This document shows, one piece after another, positions 18,613-23,892 of a stretch of DNA of 23,892 nt; the first letter of the stretch is position 1, and each line of letters begins with the position of its first letter. Location: contig QHTZ01000015.1 in the NCBI GenBank assembly GCA_003221005.1, forward strand, positions 1-23,892, in the 5' to 3' direction. A program made the position numbers and the translations under genes. The DNA comes from Gemmatimonadota bacterium (GTDB taxonomy: Bacteria > Gemmatimonadota > Gemmatimonadetes > Gemmatimonadales > GWC2-71-9). Under the pieces are notes generated by a model. The model was given only the letters and a program-made list of their open reading frames with translations, ran no database searches and was not told the DNA's origin.

Positions 18613-18824
18613 TTATCGAACTTGACGATCCCGTCGATCACGGTGAACAGGGTATCGTCCGAAGCACGGCGCACGTTGGTGCCCGGGTGGAACTTCGTGC
18701 CGCGCTGTTTCACGAGGATGCTGCCGGCGGTGACGAACTCTCCTGCGAAGCGTTTGACGCCGAGGTCCTTGGGGCCTGAGTCCCGCCCGTTGCGTGAGGA
18801 GCCGACGCCCTTTTTGTGTGCCAT
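18606..18824 (-). CDS. rpmA: 50S ribosomal protein L27 (72 aa, short)
   Basis: [16 protein letters not shown]...[20 protein letters not shown]. Confidence 0.96.
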   Translation of the reverse strand: MAHKKGVGSSRNGRDSGPKDLGVKRFAGEFVTAGSILVKQRGTKFHPGTNVRRASDDTLFTVIDGIVKFDKR

Positions 18825-18834
18825 AGGATGACGC

Positions 18835-19152
18835 TCAGCCGACCTTGACGTCGGCGATTTTTACTTCGGTGAACCGCTGGCGGTGGCCGGCGTGGCGGCG
18901 AAACCCCGTGCGGCGCGCGAACCGATAGATGCGAATCTTCTTCTCCAAGCCGTGTCGCACGACCTCTGCCGTGACCTTGGCGCCTTCCACGACCGGCTTC
19001 CCCGCGTGCACGCGCTTGCCGTCGCTCGCGAGGAGCACGCGGTCGAACACGACCTTGCTCCCGGGCTCCGCCTCGAGCAGCGGGATCTTGATGGTGCGGC
19101 CGGGCTCGGCCCGGAACTGGCGACCGCCGGTCGCGAAGATGGCATAGCTCAT
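18835..19152 (-). CDS. rplU: 50S ribosomal protein L21
   Basis: [11 protein letters not shown]...[11 protein letters not shown]; adjacent to rpmA. Confidence 0.96.
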   Translation of the reverse strand: MSYAIFATGGRQFRAEPGRTIKIPLLEAEPGSKVVFDRVLLASDGKRVHAGKPVVEGAKVTAEVVRHGLEKKIRIYRFARRTGFRRHAGHRQRFTEVKIADVKVG

Positions 19153-19186
19153 GGGCGGCGGAACCTAAACGCCGACATGGGGTTGG

Positions 19187-20806
19187 TCAAGCCACCGCGT
19201 ACTGCTCCGTCACGTCCCGGCCCGCCGGCTGCGCCATCATCCGAAACTCGTCGAGCCGCATCATCGGGTCGTCGCGCACCTCGAGCTCGAGTCCTGTCTG
19301 CTTCGCGAGCTGGCGCAGGAAGTTGGGTTCCTGCTCCACGAGGTACAGCGCCACCTCGGGATGCAGCCGCACCGCAAGCTGGTGCTCCTTGTGCTCCGCT
19401 CCCACGCGCTTGAGGGAGCGTTCCATGCGCCGCACCACGACTTCCGGCCGGAACACGCGTCCCGTCCCGTTGCAGGTGGGACATTCGGCGGTCATGGATT
19501 GCCACAGCGAGGGGCGCACCCGCTGGCGCGTCATCTCGATGAGGCCGAGCTCGGAGACGGCGAACGCCTTGGTGCGCGCCCGGTCGCGGCCAAGGTGGGC
19601 GCGCAGCTCCTGGAGCACCTTGTCGCGGTTGCTGCGCGACTCCATGTCGATGAAATCGACCACGATGATTCCGCCGATGTCGCGCAGGCGCAGCTGGCGC
19701 GCCACTTCGCGGGCTGCGTCGAGGTTGGTCTTGAGGATCGTGCTTTCGGGGTCCTTCTTGCCGGTGTAGCGACCCGTGTTGACATCGATCGAGATGAGCG
19801 CTTCGGTAGGCTGGATGATGATGTAGCCCCCCGACGGCAGCTCGACCCTGGCCTTGAACAGGGCGCGAATCTCCGCCTCGATGTCGTACTCGTCGAACAG
19901 CGGCGTCTCGTGCCGGTAGAGGTGCACGCGGCCCAGGAGCTCGGGGTCGATCGCCTTCAAGTACTGCGTGATCTCGTTGTGGAGCAGCTTGGCGTCGACG
20001 AGCAGCGAGTCTACTTTGTCGCTAAAGAGGTCGCGGGTGATCCCGCGGATCAGGCTGGCCTCGCGCTGCAGCAGGACCGGCGAGCGCGCCGGGGCCGCCT
20101 TGCGCTTGATCTTCTGCCACTGACTGTACAAGTGGTCGATCTCACGCTTGCAGCTTTGCTCGGTGAGGTCCTCGGCGACGGTGCGGATGATCCAGCCGCC
20201 GGAGTTCTTCGGCACGAGCTTCGACACCAGCTCGCGCAGCTTGGCGCGCTGCTCGCGATTGTCGATCTTGCGGGAGACACCGACCTTGGAGGCGAACGGC
20301 ATGTACACCAGGAACCGTCCGGCGAGGGACACCTGGGCGGTGACGCGCGGGCCCTTGGTGCCGATCGGCTCTTTGGTGACCTGGACGATCTTGAGCTCGC
20401 CGCGCTTCAGCTCGTCGGCCACGCTCGGGAGGCGGCGGCGCCCGCCAGCACGTCCCCGGCGACCCCCGCCGTTCCCGCCACGCTCGCCCTCGGCGCCGTT
20501 CCCCTCCCCCTCCTCGTCCCCCTCCCCCTCACCCTCGCCATTCCCGCTGTCGCCCCCGTTCTCCTCGTCCTCGTCCTCCGACTCGATCAGGTCGGAGGCG
20601 TGCAGGAAGGCGCTCTTCTCGGCTCCGATGTTGACGAACGCAGCTTGGATCCCCGGCAGGATAGCCTCGACTTTGCCGAGGTAGATGTCGCCCACCGAGC
20701 GGCGGGCGTCGGGACGATCCACCAGGAGTTCAACAAGGCGGTCGTCCTCTAGGATGGCCACGCGGGTCTCGCGCGGGCTTCCGCTGATCAGGATTTCGCG
20801 TTTCAA
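19187..20806 (-). CDS. rng: Rne/Rng family ribonuclease (539 aa)
   Basis: GDIYLGKV, IQAAFVNIG, KEPIGTKGPR, IDVNTG, RLRDIGGIIVVDFIDM, EMTRQR and CPTC. TTG start 7 nt after GAGGGG. No long C-terminal scaffold, so RNase G-like in size. Confidence 0.93.
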   Translation of the reverse strand: MKREILISGSPRETRVAILEDDRLVELLVDRPDARRSVGDIYLGKVEAILPGIQAAFVNIGAEKSAFLHASDLIESEDEDEENGGDSGNGEGEGEGDEEGEGNGAEGERGGNGGGRRGRAGGRRRLPSVADELKRGELKIVQVTKEPIGTKGPRVTAQVSLAGRFLVYMPFASKVGVSRKIDNREQRAKLRELVSKLVPKNSGGWIIRTVAEDLTEQSCKREIDHLYSQWQKIKRKAAPARSPVLLQREASLIRGITRDLFSDKVDSLLVDAKLLHNEITQYLKAIDPELLGRVHLYRHETPLFDEYDIEAEIRALFKARVELPSGGYIIIQPTEALISIDVNTGRYTGKKDPESTILKTNLDAAREVARQLRLRDIGGIIVVDFIDMESRSNRDKVLQELRAHLGRDRARTKAFAVSELGLIEMTRQRVRPSLWQSMTAECPTCNGTGRVFRPEVVVRRMERSLKRVGAEHKEHQLAVRLHPEVALYLVEQEPNFLRQLAKQTGLELEVRDDPMMRLDEFRMMAQPAGRDVTEQYAVA

Positions 20807-20957
20807 AGCATGACCCCTCGATCCCGACGGGCCAGCAGCCCTGCGGGATCTTGTAGTTGTTCCAGCATTCGATGAACCGATTGGCCTGGGCGCGCGCCAG
20901 CGCCGCCTGCGCCGGGGCGAACTGCACGCGCAAATCCGAAGTCCAATGCATGCGGTA

Positions 20958-20986
20958 AATGTAAGCGGGCTTGCGACTTAGGTCAA
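20958..20986 (-). promoter_or_regulatory. Candidate sigma70 promoter of rne/rng-rplU-rpmA
   Basis: TTGACC (20986-20981), 17 bp spacer, TACATT (20963-20958). Confidence 0.65.
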
Positions 20987-21007
20987 TGGAGTCGAGATTT
21001 ACGAGCC

Positions 21008-23149
21008 ATGGCCTCGTTTCTCGCCACCAGCCTGCTGTGCGGTCTCGTGACGACAGCAGTGAGCGCGCAGGGCATGCATTACCCCCCCGCCCGCAAGGGC
21101 GCGCAGGTAGACGACTACCATGGCACGAAGGTGGCCGACCCGTACCGCTGGCTCGAGGACGTCGATGCCCCCGAGACCCGCGCGTGGATCGAGGCGGAGA
21201 ACCGCCTCACCGCCGCGTATCTCGCGCAGGTCCCTGCCCGCGAGACGATCCGGCGCCGGCTCACGGCGCTGTGGAACTATCCCCGCTACGGCACGCCATT
21301 CCACAAGAGCGGCCGATACTTCTTTCTCAAGAACGACGGTCTCCAGAACCAGGCGGTCCTCTACAAGCAAGCCTCACTCGTGGGGGACCCCGAGGTGCTG
21401 CTCGATCCGAACCTGCTGGCGGCAGACGGTACGGTGGCGCTCTCCGTGCTCGAGCCCTCCGAGGACGGGCGCCTGCTCGTGTACGGGACGCAGGCGAGCG
21501 GCTCCGATTGGGAGGAGTATCGGGTGCGCGACGTCGCGAGCACGCGCGACCTCGGCGACCGCTTGCGCTGGATCAAATTCTCAAGTGCGAGCTGGACGCA
21601 CGACGGGCTCGGGTTCTTCTACAGCCGGTATCCCGAGCCAAGCGGGGGCGATGCGCTGCGTGCCGTGAACCGCTTTCAGACGCTCTACTATCACCGGCTC
21701 GGCACCGAGCAGGCGGCGGATGTGCTCGTGTACGAACGCCCGGACCAGCCGGACTGGGGGGTCAACGGCAACGTGACAGACGACGGTCGCTACGTGATTC
21801 TGACGGTGTGGCTCGGCACCGACCGGCGCAACCGCGTCTACTATTTCGACCTCCTGGATGCGGCGCGGCCGCGGGTGCGGGGTGACGTGGTGAAGCTGCT
21901 CGACGCCTTCGACGCGAGCTATGACTTTGTAGGGAACGACGGGCCGGTCTTCTACTTCGCGACAGACTACGACGCCCCGCGCAAGCGCGTCATCGCGATC
22001 GACACGCGCCATCCCGAGCGGGGCGCTTGGCGTGAGATCATCCCGCAGGGCGAGGACGTGATCGACGCCGTGCGGCTGATCCACGACATGTTCGTGGTCA
22101 ACTATCTCCACGACGCGCACTCGCGACTGCGGTTGTTCACGATGGACGGTCGGTTCGCCCGGGAGCTCGCTCTGCCCACCCTCGGGTCGGTCAGCGCGAT
22201 CACCGGAGAGCGGCGGGACGCTGAGATGTTCTTCGCGTTTACGTCGTTTCTCTATCCCACAACGATCTTCCGCCATGACTTCGCGACCGGCGCGACGAGC
22301 GCCTTCAAGGCACCCGCGATCGATTTCGATCCCGCTGGCTACGAGACCGAGCAGGTGTTCTACCACAGCAAGGATGGGACCCGGGTGCCGATGTTCGTCA
22401 CGCACAAGAAGGGCGCCCGGCGCGACGGCTCGAATCCCACGCTGCTGTACGGGTACGGCGGCTTCAACATCAGCCTGACGCCGGCGTTCTCGGTGGGCGT
22501 CGCGGCGTGGCTCGAGCTGGGCGGCATGTACGCCGTTCCCAACCTGCGGGGTGGCGGGGAATACGGCGAGGAGTGGCACCAGGCCGGGATGCACGAGAAG
22601 AAGCAGAACGTGTTCGACGACTTCATCGCGGCGGCGGAGTACCTGGTCGCGCAAGGCTACACGTCGCGGCCGAAGCTCGCGATCGCCGGGGGGTCGAACG
22701 GGGGCCTCCTGGTGGGGGCGGCGATCACGCAGCGCCCCGAGCTGTTCGGGGCGGCGCTGCCGACGGTCGGCGTGATGGACATGCTGCGGTTCCACAAGTT
22801 CACGATCGGGTGGGCGTGGGTGACCGAGTATGGCTCAGCCGACAGCGCGGCGCAGTTCCCTTATCTGTACGCCTACTCGCCGCTGCACCGCATCACGCCG
22901 GGAACGAGCTATCCCGCGACCCTCGTGACCACGGCCGACCACGATGACCGCGTCGTGCCCGGCCACTCGTTCAAGTTCACCGCGGCGCTGCAGGCGGCGC
23001 AGGCGGGTCCCCGCCCCGTGCTGATCGAGATCGAGACCAAGGCCGGCCACGGCGCCGGCAAGCCGACGAGCAAGGTGATCGAGGAGCAGGCCGACCGTTG
23101 GGCCTTCCTCGTGCAGAATCTGGGGATGCTCGCTCCCGGCACCCCCTAA
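21008..23149 (+). CDS. Prolyl oligopeptidase (S9A), exported
   Basis: Signal peptide; [25 protein letters not shown], and catalytic triad motifs GGSNGG, DHDDRV and GHG. Confidence 0.96.
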   Translation: MASFLATSLLCGLVTTAVSAQGMHYPPARKGAQVDDYHGTKVADPYRWLEDVDAPETRAWIEAENRLTAAYLAQVPARETIRRRLTALWNYPRYGTPFHKSGRYFFLKNDGLQNQAVLYKQASLVGDPEVLLDPNLLAADGTVALSVLEPSEDGRLLVYGTQASGSDWEEYRVRDVASTRDLGDRLRWIKFSSASWTHDGLGFFYSRYPEPSGGDALRAVNRFQTLYYHRLGTEQAADVLVYERPDQPDWGVNGNVTDDGRYVILTVWLGTDRRNRVYYFDLLDAARPRVRGDVVKLLDAFDASYDFVGNDGPVFYFATDYDAPRKRVIAIDTRHPERGAWREIIPQGEDVIDAVRLIHDMFVVNYLHDAHSRLRLFTMDGRFARELALPTLGSVSAITGERRDAEMFFAFTSFLYPTTIFRHDFATGATSAFKAPAIDFDPAGYETEQVFYHSKDGTRVPMFVTHKKGARRDGSNPTLLYGYGGFNISLTPAFSVGVAAWLELGGMYAVPNLRGGGEYGEEWHQAGMHEKKQNVFDDFIAAAEYLVAQGYTSRPKLAIAGGSNGGLLVGAAITQRPELFGAALPTVGVMDMLRFHKFTIGWAWVTEYGSADSAAQFPYLYAYSPLHRITPGTSYPATLVTTADHDDRVVPGHSFKFTAALQAAQAGPRPVLIEIETKAGHGAGKPTSKVIEEQADRWAFLVQNLGMLAPGTP

Positions 23150-23181
23150 CGTCCGCGCGCACCTCCGTCAGGAAGGCATCC

Positions 23182-23892
23182 ATGTCCGCAAGGCCACCCG
23201 CGACCAGGGCCAGCTCGAAGCTTCCCTGCTCGCTGTATCAGACGCACGTCGACCGGCGCAAGCTCGTCTCGCCGCAGAAGATGGAGAACCAGCTCCTGGA
23301 GATCATCAAGCACGAGCGCCCCGAATGGGACGGGACGCACGGCATCTGCCGCGACTGCGTCGAGCAGTACCGGGCGAAGAAATTTCTCAACTACCTCGAG
23401 ACCGAGTACCGCAAGATCTCCGACATGGAGCAAGCGCTGGTGAGCAAGGTCGCGCGGCGCGGGCGCGTGTCGCGGCTCGTGGACCAGGAGTTCGAGGCAC
23501 ACATGACCCTGGGCCAACGGGTGGCGGACCGGGTGGCCCAGTTCGGCGGCAGCTGGCCATTCATCTTTATCTTCGGGGGTGTGCTGATCGGCTGGATGGT
23601 CGTGAACTCGATCGTGCTGGCGCGGCGCCCGTTCGATCCCTACCCCTACATCCTCCTGAACCTCGCCCTGTCGGCGCTGGCGGCGATCCAGGCGCCGGTC
23701 ATCATGATGAGCCAGAACCGTCAGGCGGAGAAGGACCGGCTACAGGCGCAGCAGGACTACGAGATCAACCTGATGGCCGAGTTCGAGATCCGGGACTTGC
23801 ACGACAAGCTCGACGCCCTGCGCTACAAGCAGTGGCACGAGCTGTGGCACATCCAGCAGCGGCAGCTCGAGCTGCTGGAGCACGTGCACAAG
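23182..23892 (+). CDS. DUF1003 domain membrane protein, partial (runs off window; absent from ORF track)
   Basis: Hand translation from ATG 23182 gives TLGQRVADRVAQFGGSWPFI, FDPYPYILLNL and QAPVIMMSQNRQ. Confidence 0.9.
   Translation, partial: MSARPPATRASSKLPCSLYQTHVDRRKLVSPQKMENQLLEIIKHERPEWDGTHGICRDCVEQYRAKKFLNYLETEYRKISDMEQALVSKVARRGRVSRLVDQEFEAHMTLGQRVADRVAQFGGSWPFIFIFGGVLIGWMVVNSIVLARRPFDPYPYILLNLALSALAAIQAPVIMMSQNRQAEKDRLQAQQDYEINLMAEFEIRDLHDKLDALRYKQWHELWHIQQRQLELLEHVHK

Noticed and set aside
18606-20806. Linkage of rne/rng with rplU-rpmA as a novelty
   Set aside because: This gene order is known from other bacteria, such as Actinobacteria.
20803-20811. ATG-CTT-TGA micro-ORF overlapping the rne/rng TTG start
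   Set aside because: SD spacing fits the TTG (7 nt) rather than this ATG (2 nt); likely chance.

Overview
High-GC bacterial chromosomal window. The gene content and signal-peptide style suggest Gemmatimonadota (inference only). Left to right: a partial tRNA-Leu(CAA); three small envelope genes; an ECF sigma / anti-sigma / Spy-CpxP-like triad on the minus strand; then a run of 14 closely packed or overlapping plus-strand genes (3260-18540). The first half of that run looks like a non-canonical aerobic benzoyl-CoA epoxidase (Box-like) pathway: TetR/PaaR-type regulator, single-domain BoxC-like crotonase, aldehyde dehydrogenase, thiolase, PaaG-like crotonase, N-terminally short BoxB-like diiron protein, GDPD, 3-hydroxyacyl-CoA dehydrogenase and an amidohydrolase_2. 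No BoxA reductase, BoxR or CoA ligase is visible in the window. The second half encodes exported proteins: a beta-rich protein, an M16 peptidase pair and an amidohydrolase pair. Then rne/rng-rplU-rpmA (minus), a prolyl oligopeptidase and a partial DUF1003 gene. A second striking signal is a family of four-copy GCGG-core tandem repeats with periods of 7-11 bp. Three are 4+4 inverted pairs and two are single arms. They sit in a divergent promoter, a gene junction, inside a thiolase, inside a signal peptide, and over the L27 stop codon. All family assignments come from motif recognition by eye; no database search was run.
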